54,003 nt of DNA, taken from contig QPMI01000566.1 in NCBI GenBank assembly GCA_004431415.1, positions 1 to 54,003 of the forward strand. The letters are read 5' to 3'. Below, piece after piece: positions 1 through 12,428 of the stretch (positions are counted from its first letter, which is position 1; the number at the start of each line of letters is the position of its first letter). This DNA is from Cyanophora paradoxa CCMP329. Lineage: Eukaryota; Plantae; Glaucophyta. A program made the position numbers and the translations under genes. Below the pieces are notes generated by a model that worked only from the letters and a program-made list of their open reading frames with translations, did no database searches and had not been told where the DNA came from.

Positions 1-34
1 AGGCATTGTATCTTTATTAGAATGAGAGATAATT

Positions 35-814
35 TTATAAACCGCGTTTATATCGCATCAATTTATTGCTATGGACTTGGCTTTTCACTTCTTTAGGGGC
101 TTCCTCTTTCTCTGGAGGTTTCAGTTCATCTTCTTTCTTTTTTGGCTTTCTGTGGAAGCGAGGAAATGGGAAATCTTTCACAAGCTCAGCTTTATCTACA
201 TAGTATTTAACTGAGTAGTTTGCAGAGGACCAAATAATATACTGATAGGAGTGAACATACTCTTCAAACATCTTGTAAAAATCCTCTTTATTTCGCATTA
301 TATTGTATTCTTCCTCTATGGCTTCCAGTTCTTTGCGATTTGCAGCACTTAAAAACATAGCATAGTCGAATTAACTCGAATAGTCGAAGAGACTTTCCTT
401 AGCTTTTGTGTGATGCAGATAATGGATATTTTCGAATGGCGACCTCTGGAATACAGAGAGCCAATAATTTTATCCGAGTTAGGTCTACAATCTCATTATC
501 GATTAAATCATCTAAAACACACATAACTGGTTAACAGGTTCACCTTTTTCTATTTTCTCTTGCCTTTCATCTAGCAATTTAGCAATGTAAGGGGCATCCC
601 ATTTTCCCAGTTGCAATGTTTGCAACTTTATCCCAGAAATGATTGAAGCTGGTTCCACTCACAACTAATACAACATCAATCTTTTTGGCATCATGCAACT
701 GCTTCAACCAATACTTTACAGCTTCTGATTTACCAGTTGCTGATTTTCCTATTGCCAGTACACGAAATGGTGCTCTATCATTTCACCAGCCACAAATTCA
801 TCCAAATCATTCAT
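35..814 (-). CDS. A32/FtsK-like DNA packaging ATPase (element A; frameshifted in this sequence)
   Basis: Walker A IGKSATGKS near 725-760; C-terminus nearly identical to 30404-31186. Confidence 0.85.
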
Positions 815-875
815 TGTTGTATATCTTTCTAATAAAGACATAAAATAATGCAGGGAGACTGAATATCGTAACAAT

Positions 876-2232
876 CTAAAATTTATACGACGAACCATCT
901 TTGTCCAAAATTATAAGGAATGCATGAGAGCGCGAACATTAACATCGATTACCTTATCTGAAGGCATGTAGAGGGTGAGGAATGAAGAGGAGGAATTTGT
1001 TAAATCAACATAACCAGACTGGGCAATATTTCGAATTGCCTTCTCTCCATCAATGCAGAAACTTAAACCTGAAAGGACATAGCGATCAGCAACCTTATCC
1101 ATGTTAGAGCATTTGAAGGCATCAGCAATTAGCTCAGCACCTTTGAGTAGGGAAATTGGCTCAGTGGCAAAAAGTCGCTGTCCATTATTTCAACAGTGAA
1201 GTAATATCTTTGGAGTTGGCATAGGTCTTAAGAACACTGTGGGAGCCATTGGATTTGTCAACAGTTGCATTATCACGAACTGAAACAAGCAGAGCATAAC
1301 AAGACCTGAGATTTGAGAGAGGTTAATTCGATTGGGTTGGGCATTGCCCTTGGCAGGGAAAGCACTAGCATCTACAAATCCAATATCAAGGGAGGGAATA
1401 GCCATGCCAGTAGTCTTACTTTTTCAATTACAGTAGCGAAAAGCTCATCAGAAACATTAATAGCATGCATGTAAAGGCGAGGAGAAGTAATAGAAATACA
1501 GGGTTGTTGCACCAAGAGTGAAAGTCTGTGATGTTTTGACCAACATGCCAGAACAGTTTCAGCAGGGCAGTTCCAAGACCATCATCTTTTGAATAATCTA
1601 CATCAGCTGCTGCAACAGTAAGACCACGACCACCATAGGAAGTTTCAACATAACCCTTTCCAGCATCCTTAAACCAAACAGTAACAACCATTTCACCAGA
1701 TAAAGCACCAAGGGGAAGGTAGTGATTTAGCCAAGGCACAGGATTTCAACGAAAAATGAGCCACCAAGCGGTTGGTTCCATGAGCAGGGATGCCATGAAC
1801 CATGCCCATTGATCGCTTCTTTTTAGCTAGTTGATCCTCCGAATAATAGACCAGGGGGAAATGAGCAAGGAAATCAGATGGAATATGGTAGGTGTAAGAT
1901 CCATAGGTAATTTCAAGTCGCTGAACTAAAGCACCAACTGGGCGAGTGTATCCATTGCGAACTAGGTCAGTATCACCAGCAAAAGTGATGGCTGGAAGGT
2001 CGAAAGCAAGTTCGAGTTTTCCACAGAAATTGTAGCGAGGTAGCTTGAAGGAAATGCGATTTCCAACATTATTCTCAAAAGTATTGCTGGGATTCACAAC
2101 AACTAGAACTGGCTTAGACTTGGATTCGAGACCAAGCATAAGGGAGTTATCCAGGAAAAAGGCTTTCGCCTCCTCTGGGGTTGTTAGGGCTTCTTTCAGC
2201 GAAAGTCTTTGAAGAGTGGAAGTGATATCCAT
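876..2232 (-). CDS. Major capsid protein, double jelly-roll (element A; frameshifted)
   Basis: ORF pieces 1693-2274, 1428-1739, 1190-1405 and 911-1102 join into ~450 aa; homologous to 31246-32611; adjacent to ATPase and pentons. Confidence 0.8.
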
Positions 2233-2285
2233 TATATTCTCTTTTATTATACTGCAACATAAAAAATCTACCAATGATCCTTAAT

Positions 2286-3286
2286 TTATGCGAAGCTTGT
2301 AATAACTGGATAGGAAGGGTGAAGCTGCGACATTCTCATCTTAAAGTATTCATAAACTGGGTCTCCTGCTGGCTCATCACCATAGCGAATTTCAAAGGTC
2401 AGATGAACAGGTTGACCCTCAAAATCAATTGGTTCATTTACAGCATTAACAATATCAACCGAGAAAGTGGATAATCCAACCTTTTTATTATAGTATTTGT
2501 AAAGTGGATGAGCCTCTGTTGAATTGTAAACAACATGCTCACCATAATCTTTGTCAGGACCACTATTTTATGAAGTAACCAGTCAGAAGACCATCCCCAC
2601 ATTGAACCAGATCACCCAGCTCCTTTACTCTCACAAACAAAACACTGTCCCTGGTCTTCTCAGGCTCAAAAGAAGATATAATGCCATTCACTCGACCATC
2701 AGTAAAGATTCCATCAGTGAGAGCATCATAAACTTGGATTTGATTGGGGAATTCCATATCTTCCAGGATCAAGACCAAGCAGTCTAGCTGAACTCAATAG
2801 CTTTTGGATTGTTTGTTGGCTTGGGTTTACAGCAAGTGAGAAAGCCAGGTAAAAGGCACTGCGAGTGGAATATAATTCGTTTCAGTGACTCATCCCATTT
2901 GCAGCGAATGGATGGTTGGGGATTTCTGCCAATGAATTTGAGTTGATTACATTCACCAGCTGTTGGTGGCTTTGGATGGGGGTCTCGCGATTTAAATGAA
3001 TTGTTTCCATTGTTCAAATCAGCAGCTGGGCGAGTTGTTGGAATTCCTGAGCTTCCAGCTCCTGGAGTTTGTTCAGAATAATAAATACTAAATGTGTTAT
3101 CAACTGTACATCTCCTGCTTTGGTTTCACCACTCACCATAGGGATGCTGTTATAAAATTCGGCTGAGACCAGTCTCACAGCCCTCACATTCTCATAACTA
3201 CTGGGGAGTCTAGCCACAAAGCTTGATGTGGGACCATCACCAGAGATTGTATTAAATGAGCTAACCTCGATGTAATCCACAGGCAT
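2286..3286 (-). CDS. Minor capsid (penton)-like protein 1 (element A; frameshifted)
   Basis: N-terminus YIEVSS...FVARLPSSYENVRAVRLVSAEFYNS and C-terminus ..PIDFEGQPVHLTFEI fit PLV/NCLDV single-jelly-roll minor capsid patterns. Confidence 0.7.
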
Positions 3287-3315
3287 TCTTCTTTTATCTA
3301 TATTTATATATTAAA

Positions 3316-4240
3316 ATGAACCGACTTGTTAATATTGATAGCAGGGATAGAAGCCAAGGACAAAATGAAAACTCTTACAGGGTCACCCTCACAACTCCAG
3401 TAGAGAGACCAAGGGAATGTAGGGTTCTCTATGCAGAGATTCCAAACAGTATCTATAACAGTGTGGGAACTGATCATCTAACAGTTCAGTTTAATTACCA
3501 AGATGGTTCATATAACCAAGTGATCACACAACAAGTGTATCCCCTTCCCAGTGGCTACATCAATCAGGGTCATTTTGGGGTAACACACCCTTATAATTAT
3601 GGGCTGAACTATTCAAGCTTCCAAACCATTGCAGGCAAAACAGTAGCTTTTGAGTTCAAGATATTCTACAATCCAACTACCTATAAAGTGGAGTTTTACA
3701 GTAATCATGAGTTTCGTTTTATTGCAAGCAACAGGAATAGGGAAGCTTTTGGGTGTAAGTTCTACTGAATACACCATGGGTATTATAGCACTCCTCCTGT
3801 TGGTGGATCTCCCTATCGACCTGAGAACCTTTTAAAGTATGATGGCAAACCTATTACACCTGATCACCCAGCATGGGGAATCACCTTCTCAGGACCCAGA
3901 CTCTCCTCTAAGCCCTTGCAATATTATTTTGACAGCAGGAAGATGTCTGATATGAATGCTGAGCAGTATCTGTACATGCATATTAAAGAGCTGCCCCCTT
4001 TGCCAGCAGACACAATATAATTCCAAAATCGCAACCACAAACCAGGGGCTATCCTTAGATTGCAATTGAGTAAGGATATAGGGGCTATGTTTACCATAGT
4101 GGTGAGCATGCAGAATTATTCAAATCAATGACAGAAACCTGGTGATAAGGGAACTCACAGTTGAGTTTAAAGATTACTTTGGTGAACTGATTGATATGAA
4201 TGGAATCGATAATTCTTTTCAGTTGGAGTTTATCGAATAA
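3316..4240 (+). CDS. Minor capsid (penton)-like protein 2 (element A; frameshifted)
   Basis: LVNIDSRDR...YAEIPNSIYN at the N-terminus; ELTVEFKDYFGELIDMNGIDNSFQLEF at the C-terminus. Confidence 0.75.
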
Positions 4241-5780
4241 AGGCACCTGTAAAGTCAACTCTCATTGTGGGAGCATTCACATACACAAGGGGATAAATGC
4301 GAATATATTTAATTCTGAGAGAAAACCTATGTAAAAAGCATCCTTGATGCTGAGAGGAATCCACTCAATAGAGCCACATCACCTGAGTTGTGAGCATTGT
4401 TAATGTTCTCACAGACATATATTTTGTTCTGCCCATCTGATCGAATAAAAGACCAGTTGATCCCATCAGTGGATGTTGCCACATTGAAAGTCTTAATAAA
4501 AGCATTGGTGTCCCCTGATCCATAGGCAATCACAGAGAGAGTTCAAAAGTATATGGAAAGCAACTTGAAGGTATTCAGTGGGGGTTTCCCATATCTGCTC
4601 AGGAGCATAGGCTCCAGCTTCCCAGCCAAATGCTGAAGGTCTAGCCATGAAAGGCTCTTTACCTGTCACAGAGGATGAGGCAGTGAAGGCATCATCTGCA
4701 AGCTGATACCAATTAGCATCCAAAGGAGGTGATGTAGTGAGAGTGGATGAATGTAAGCCTTTGTAGGGTTCTTTAGTTCATAGTTTGCTACTAGAAGGCT
4801 GCAAAGCTTATTGATCATATCATTGTTTGCTGCTATGTATGTTTCTGTGAAAGAAAGCATATCTGGGATTTTAGAAGTGTCATCCAGGGAGCTTACTATA
4901 TGATTTGGAAGAGGTACTGATAGCCTAAGTATCTCCCATAATCCTGATCATAGTTGTAGGGTAACAACTCCTCCATCTTATCAAGGGCAGAAAGCTCACT
5001 TGCAGCCATGAGCATGTTAATCAATGGGCTTCCATCTGTTGAGGCAATCCATGAGAGAATGCCCCAGCTGTTGACAGTCTCATAAGCATAACCCACATAA
5101 TCAGACTCTAAATGTGGGTCCACCTCTCCACAAGAGATACTTATTACTATAATATCATCATCATCACTGTAAATCTTCTTTGCATGGCTGTAACCACACA
5201 CACTGGGATTATTGTTTCCCGAAATGGCACCATCAATGAGACAGACATATACTCCCCGATTGAAATCAACAATGCTTACAGGAGAGAAATATGTAGGAGC
5301 AGCAGAAGTAGCCCTAGCAGCAATCTTACAAGGCATAAAGTTGTAATTGTTGTCATTTGTGATAAATATTGGTTTCATATTCTGAGTATCAAAGGATGTA
5401 ATCACAATGTCCTTTAGGGAATCCTGTATTAGTGATTCACCAGTAACTGAATTGATTGCAGTCTCCAAGGGTCCCACATCATACTTTGTATTAAATAGGG
5501 CATTTTCGATTATATTTCGAGGATTTGCGAAAATCAAGGGCAGTTGAGTTAGGTAAATATTGTGTAAATCGTTTGCTGTCAGTTTAGGTTCACCTGGTTT
5601 ATCAGGATGCCTTATATTCAAACCTATTGCAATGATCCCACCAGTGGAAGTTCCACTCACAAGATCCACAAGATCGATTATTCTCCTGCCAGTTCGATTT
5701 TCGATTTCTTTTAGCAGCCTGGTTATGATAATGCCCCTTGCACCCCCGCCAGAAAGACTTAAAACGACCTTGAGAGGCAT
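4230..5780 (-). CDS. Patatin-like phospholipase fused to discoidin (F5/8 type C) domain (element A)
   Basis: GGGARG, GTSTG and DGA motifs; continues across indels via YRLSVPLP...SLDDTS into EYLQVAF...STDGINW...YIRIYP. Confidence 0.8.
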
Positions 5781-5823
5781 CTTTTACTTATCAGGAATTT
5801 TATAAATCCATATAGTAAAAGCC

Positions 5824-8800
5824 ATGAGCTTCAATTACCCACCAAATCTAGAAACCATTCAAGATGATAATGCAAGCAGCACCAAGCATGTGAACTTTGA
5901 TAATATTAAAGTAAAGGGTTCAGTTTCAATTGACCACAGCTCTGATAATTCATCAAAGACTCAATCAAGGGAGCATGCTTTATCTGTGAATCAAACCGAT
6001 CCAGATAAAGAGGATGTCAGTGTTGCTTTTAGTTTGGGTAATGTGAAAGCAAACCAAGTGGCAGAGATCAAAGCAACAAGAAGGAGACCTAGGAAACTAA
6101 AAACCAGTGGCACTCACCCAGATATACCTTCCAGGTTCGATAGTGGTCGATTGATTTTCAATGTTCAAGATGAGCAGGGCAAACAGAACACAGCTTTGCG
6201 AATTTACAATGAGGGCAGCACTGCAAAAGCTGAGGTCCCCCAAGTATTGCAAGTGGGTCCCATTGCCAACACAAATCAGGTCTCCTACACAAATGATGTA
6301 TACCCCAAGGATATTACATATGACTTTGCGAGGAATGAGCCTTTTGGGTTTTTTACTCCAAAAGATGTCCATCAAAAAAAGCCATCAATTACAATCAACA
6401 GTAGCCCCAGTCAACCAGTAGCAATCCATTTACATCCTGATTTAGTCGAAATGGATAGGCACCTTTTGCCTTTGTATAGCAATGTGAAAGACCTTGGAAT
6501 TCGAACCAGGCAATGGCGAAATATCCATGGCAGCAATGTGTATGCAAATGGAGAGAAGCTTGTAAGTGAGAAAACTCTAAGGGAAATCATTGAGCATTAT
6601 GGTCCCAATGGACCTACTGTCCCATTCCCTATTCCATTTCCAATGGACCACCCGATTTAACACCAAAGAAGCAGCCTGGAAGAGAATACACAGCAACTGA
6701 AGATGTAGCCTTTGGGCAGCATATTGTTAGTTGGGAGCAAGTTCGCAATAAACCTATAATTGAACCCAGAAAGCAAATAGATGAGCAGTATTTACCTCCT
6801 GAAGTCGATATATTAGAGCTTGATGAATATCAATTCGTTCCAGATGAGGAAGAATATTTACCAGATGGTTTTGACCCACAAGAATATGAATATGATCAAT
6901 TTGACCCCAATGAGGAGGAGATACTACCAGATGGCTTAGATCCACAAGAGTTTGAGTATGAGCAGAACTATGAACCTGATGAGGAGTATTTGCCAGATGG
7001 CATGATCCACCAGCTGTTGATTATGAGCAACCTTATGAACCCCATGAGGAATTGTTACCAGATGGATTTCGACCTGAGATCTGGGAGTTCTTTCCTGATT
7101 ATGAACAAATTAATAATAAACCTGCAAAGTATCCCCCAGAGGATCACAATCATGATTGGGATGAGATCTTAGGCAAACCTCAAAAGTATCCACCAGAGAT
7201 CACAGGCATGATTGGGGTGATATTGATGGGATACCTACTGAGTTCCCACCAAGCAAACATGAACACACTTGGGATGAGATCAATGACCAACCAGAATTCG
7301 CAAAGGTAGAGCCTCTTGATAACTTGGGGGTTTCTCTTTATCAGACTTGTAATGTCCCTGAAAGAATCTTTTTGAATGAACACTATGTACATGTGAATGG
7401 GACACTTGCAAATTCAGCTATGAGAGGACCACTTCATATTAGGACATTACCAGGCTCTTTTGAAACCCCACCACCACCAGGAGCAACCATACCAAATATC
7501 TTTGTGTCAAGCTACATGGAGGCTGACATTCCCACAGATACATTCAGAGTCCCAACAGACCCAGCAACCTACCAAAATTACAACTCTGCTATACAGGTTC
7601 ATGTAGCAGATGTAAGCAGCTTAGATGGCTCAAGACCAATGATAGTTTTCAGTCGAGATAAGTATTCCTACATTCCCATAGTGGGAACTGCAAATGATAA
7701 TTATGGAAGGGCAGAGCTTGCATGGATTAAAACAGATTATGGTGGGGTTCTGGAAGCCAATCAGAATGGCTGCAAAAAACATACACAATGAAGCATTTCG
7801 AGAGTAGTCACAGAGGATTACCTTCAAGCTCAGAACTACATAGATGAAACAGAACTAAATACAATCATTGCAGGTATAGGTATTGGTGTTACAGGCAATT
7901 ACCTCCCTCTCACAGGTGGGACTATTGATGGAACAGTAACAGCATGTAACTTCTTTGTCCATACTGAAAGCAATCAAACCTTTCCTGTGGTTCATCCAGG
8001 AGGTGAGTATGAGATACCTGATGATCCAGCTATTATGCCCATTAAATCGATCTCCCTTCTGATTATGGGAAGGGGTGAACTAAAAACCATCTCTTTCACA
8101 GGAGATTATAATGATCTCATAAATAAACCTACTGCTGCAAATTTGCACCCTGTTGCATTTTCGGGTAGTTTCCTTGATCTTAATAATAGATCACACACCC
8201 ACACAAAGGCAGAAATTATAGATTTTGCACACACTCACACCAAATCCCAGATAACAGATTTTGCTCACTTCCACACCAGAGCAGATATTACGAATTTCGC
8301 TCACACTCATGTTAAATCTGAGATCTTAGATCTCGGAAATGTTGCATATGTGGGTCACACCCATACCAAGGCAGAGATTACAGATCTTGGAAATGTTGCA
8401 TATGTAGGTCACACCCACACTAAGGCAGAGATTACAGATTTTGCTCATACTCATGATTGGAATACAGATATATATAACAAACCAGCGATTTTCTCGGGCA
8501 ACTACAATGATCTGACCAATAAACCCACCCTTGATCCCTTTACAGCAAATTAAATCACTGCAAATGCAAACCTTCTCATTGATTCAGGTTACTTTCTCGA
8601 TTATGACCCATATATTATGCCTGATCCTCCTGTTATTTGGAATTTCCACAATTTCAACCCTTTCTACTAACTCTATATCTTACTATCAGGATAAAACCCT
8701 ACTTGTTCGTGGAAATGCATATGCAAGAGAAATGTGGGTAATGGATCCTCGAGATAACTCAAGGTGACTAAGTTGGCACCCCAATACATGCTTGATAACC

Positions 8801-9102
8801 TGATTAGAAAGGGTATACAATCCATTACCATAACCAATCCTCAACAGATGAACAATTCAGCAACTGCAAGACCAAATTTTACTTTCACTCTCAATTGGAG
8901 TCCAGCATTTTCAACTTCACCCTCTGTTGTTACAAATATGCAAGGATTACTTGCGGATTGCACTGATCTCGGATATAAAATTGCAATTACCAACAACTCA
9001 ACAACATCAACAACAGTCAATGTACAAGTCTGGGTTGTGGGTTGGAATACACTTTACCCTACAAGCTTCACAGTATATATCCATTGGATAGCAACAGCAT
9101 AA
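5824..9102 (+). CDS. Long modular fibre/virion protein (element A; several frameshifts): acidic LPDG repeats, YPPEDH repeats, HTHTKAEITDF repeats, C-terminal H-type-lectin-like head
   Basis: Consecutive ORF pieces 5824-6660, 7052-7309, 7324-7791, 7987-8553, 8531-8767 and 8764-9102. His-repeat motifs resemble phage tail fibres. Ends AFSTSPSVV...IHWIATA. A single-gene interpretation is inferred. Confidence 0.65.
8191..8460 (+). repeat. Coding 33/48-bp tandem repeats (HTHTKAEITDF / HTHTKAEITDLGNVAYVG)
   Basis: Visible in ORF 7987-8553. Confidence 0.85.
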
Positions 9103-9127
9103 TTAAGATTCTCACACTATTACAAAG

Positions 9128-10195
9128 ATGACCTCTCTATTAGAAATCCCAAACTATGAACTTGCAGCCAAATCACTCCACAGCACCTCTCATGAAGTAG
9201 TCGACTCTACACCCGGTTTTATTTGCACTGAAACTACAAGTAATACCTCTTTCACAGAGAACAGTATACTGAGGGTCAAAGAAATTCGATGTGATCGAAA
9301 TGGAGGCAAGATTAGAACCACAGGAATTAATTATCTCGAATAAAAATCAGGTTCAAGCAGGTCAAGTAGTCCCCGATTCGTCAATATATGATAATGTGGG
9401 TGGATTCACCACAGCCACAGATAGTTACTTTTGGTAACACAAGCAATAATTCCGCTCTTGTAGTAAGAGTGGAGGGGCTACATTGGAGATGGAGCAAATG
9501 TAGCAGGAACTGTCACAGCAAATCAATTAAATGTGAGTGGGACAAGTAGTTTTGGTGGGTATATGAATTTCAATGGTGGGCTTTCAGGGAGTATTCAGTA
9601 TGGAACTCTCACACTTACAACAAGAATAAATACACCTGAGATTGACAACATGAGTGACACAGTCATGAATTACAAGAGGAATGGGGATACCATTCTTTCT
9701 CTTCAAAAAACTACTCAGACAGATAACACAACTGTTCAACATCTCACACTTCCGACAAGCAAATATCTCAAATTAAGTAGCCATCCTCGTTTCTTTGCAA
9801 CAAAACAGCAACCAAATGGGTCAATAACTGCAACAATTTCCTCAATAAATATATATCCAACAACAGGAGTCATAGTGAACCAAGGAAATCATTTCGATCC
9901 TGCGACAGGGCTTTTTACTGCCCCTGTTACAGGAAACTATCTTGTCACATTTAGTGGATCCTGTTATTGGACTGGAAGAACAACTAATATTGTTACATTT
10001 TTACAGAAAAACGGAAGCTCATCTGGAATTGAAGTGCATACTAATTATGCATCTGCATATGCAAACAATGGGTTCGAAATTATTGTAGACCTTCAAGCCA
10101 ATGATTCCATCAGAATATCATATAATAGCAGTGGTGGAGGTTCTATATATTATAATATCAGATGGTTCTTTGGATGTATGCTTGTCCATTCATAA
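9128..10195 (+). CDS. Fibre-family paralogue 1 with C-terminal C1q-like domain (element A only)
   Basis: Shared N-terminal domain (KEIRCDRNGG) plus FDPATGLFTAPVTGNYLVTF...FFGCMLV; frameshifts near 9340-9480. Confidence 0.75.
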
Positions 10196-10217
10196 TATTG
10201 TCTACATAATATAAAGA

Positions 10218-11236
10218 ATGTCTACACAAATAGCTGTTCCTGTTTTCTGTTATGCTGCCCCAAAATTACATCAACTCAATCACACAGTAACAGATGCAAC
10301 CCCTGGGTTTATTTGCACTGAAACAACAGGAGCCGATTCATTTTCTCAAAACTCTGTGATCAGATGCAAAGAAATTCGATGTGATCGCAATGGGGCAAGG
10401 TGAGAACCACAGGTTTAATAGTTTCAAACAAGAACCAAGTTCAATCAGGTCAAATTGTTTCCGATTCATCAATATATGATGATGTAGGAGGGTTCACCAC
10501 ACCCAAAATAGTAACATTTAACAACACAATCAATAACTCTGCTCTTGTTGTGAGAAGTGGAGGAGCTTACATTGGAGATGGGGCGAGAGTTGATGGAACT
10601 CTCACAGCAAATCAGGTAAGTATTACAGGAACAAGCACCTTTACAGGATTGGTAACAGCAAATGCTGGTATTTCACTACCAATTGCCTCACAATCCATAA
10701 TCACAGCAACAAACAAGGTTGTCACACCAGAAATCGATACAGGAGCCAATGTAGACCTTCTTCTCAAACGAAATAGTAACACTGTCGCTACTCTGGAAGC
10801 GAATAGTTTGACAGTTAATACAGGGTGTTATCTCAAAACATCACATCCACGATTTTCAGTTCAACTTGGCTACAATCACACTGCTACAACTTCTGCTGAT
10901 CTAATAAACTGGGCAACAGTTCGAGTAAACAATACCAATTCATCAGCACATCAACTGGAAGGTTCACAGCACCTGTTGCAGGACACTATCGTTTTTCAGT
11001 ATTCACTTCTTCAACCACAACTTCTGCTATTGAATTGTTTCTCAGGGTAAACAATGCAGATCCAGGGGGATTGAGCATTTCCCAAGTTCACAATCTGTCA
11101 ACAAACAAATAAAGCGCTGTGTTTCTCTTGCATTCTCAATCTTGCCCAAAACGAATTTGTTACACTTGTTACAAATTCAGTCGGTTCATATGCAAGTCAA
11201 ACAGCCTTCTCAGGTGAATTAATAAGCATCGTTTAA
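10218..11236 (+). CDS. Fibre-family paralogue 2 with C-terminal C1q-like domain (element A only)
   Basis: Paralogous to 9128-10195; GRFTAPVAGHY readable in a shifted frame near 10958-10995; ends ..AFSGELISIV. Confidence 0.7.
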
Positions 11237-11258
11237 TTTTCTTATGGTAGTTTAGGAA

Positions 11259-11519
11259 ATGTCGAATATTTACCAAGTGGTTCTATCTGATATTGAGAAG
11301 TTGGGAATGGAATTTTGTGCTGCTTCTGTTCAGGATTGGATCGATAATGCTGCCCATAACAGAGCAAGAATTGCAATTGATGAGATTGTTCAGAAAGAAA
11401 TCCATTCTTGCATCTCAGGTGGAGTTCAAATACCAACCTCAAAGGAAGCGATTGTATTACAGGCATTCCAAAGGGGAACTGTGAAGAAAGCAATTGAGTA
11501 TAACAATGTCACAGAATAG
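11259..11519 (+). CDS. 86-aa hypothetical protein, possible fibre-associated/chaperone protein (element A only)
   Basis: Intact ORF directly downstream of the C1q genes; function inferred from position only. Confidence 0.6.
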   Translation: MSNIYQVVLSDIEKLGMEFCAASVQDWIDNAAHNRARIAIDEIVQKEIHSCISGGVQIPTSKEAIVLQAFQRGTVKKAIEYNNVTE

Positions 11520-11560
11520 TATTGTACATTATTTTTCTTTCCTTCTTAGTAAAAGAAGCA

Positions 11561-12405
11561 ATGGGTGAATATAATCGAGTTCAACTGCCTATATATTCCC
11601 TTGGATCCCCTGCAATGCATTTTCGCCAGCATGAAGTAAATGATGAGGTTCGTGGATTGGAATCCACAGAGAGACCCAATTCCAATGGCAACTCCTTTGA
11701 TAAAAATTCGATTATTCGAGTTAAAGAGCTGAGAGCTGATAAGAACTCAGGTGTGGTGAAAACAACTCGACTTCTTGTCACAAATGCTAACTTTTTCCAG
11801 CCTACTAATGGAGGTCCTGATGCTTACAGTGTTGATCTGAAAGCCCTTGATTATGATAAAAACACTGCTGCTGTAACTGTGAGATCAGGAGGAGCTTTAT
11901 TGGTGGTGGCTGCAGAGTTTCAGGTCAGCTTTCATCCTCAATTTCGTATAATGATGTCCCAGATACTCTTGAACAAAATGTAGAGAACCCACAACGAATT
12001 CGATTATATATACCAGTTGCACAACAGCCAATTATTCAATTTTACCAAGGTTATACTGTCACACTTGAAAACTCTGAATTGATTGAAGGAACCAAAAGAG
12101 TAATGAGAGGGCTGGTCATTCCTTCTGCAATGCTTTCTTTATGTAGAGCCAACAATAACCAGCCAGGTCACAGATACAATTTCAGTGTTCAAGGATATGA
12201 TCATTTTGGCACAGGGTTCTGTGTTTATAATAACAATTTCACCTATGATCTGTTTGTTACAGATATTGGAAAATATACAATTACAGTTATGGGTATCAGA
12301 ACAGATATAGCTGCTGTCTCAGCTCTAAGAGGTGTTACTCCTGATACTCTTTCTCAAACAGGGTTTTACCAAGAGCCAGATGTAATTGATGACCCAACCC
12401 CATAA
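11561..12405 (+). CDS. Fibre-family paralogue 3 (element A; frameshifted)
   Basis: ATG at 11561; KELRADKNSGVVKTT and RSGGA motifs; homologue at 42389-43225. Confidence 0.7.
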
Positions 12406-12428
12406 AAGATATATCCCTTTAATGTAAA

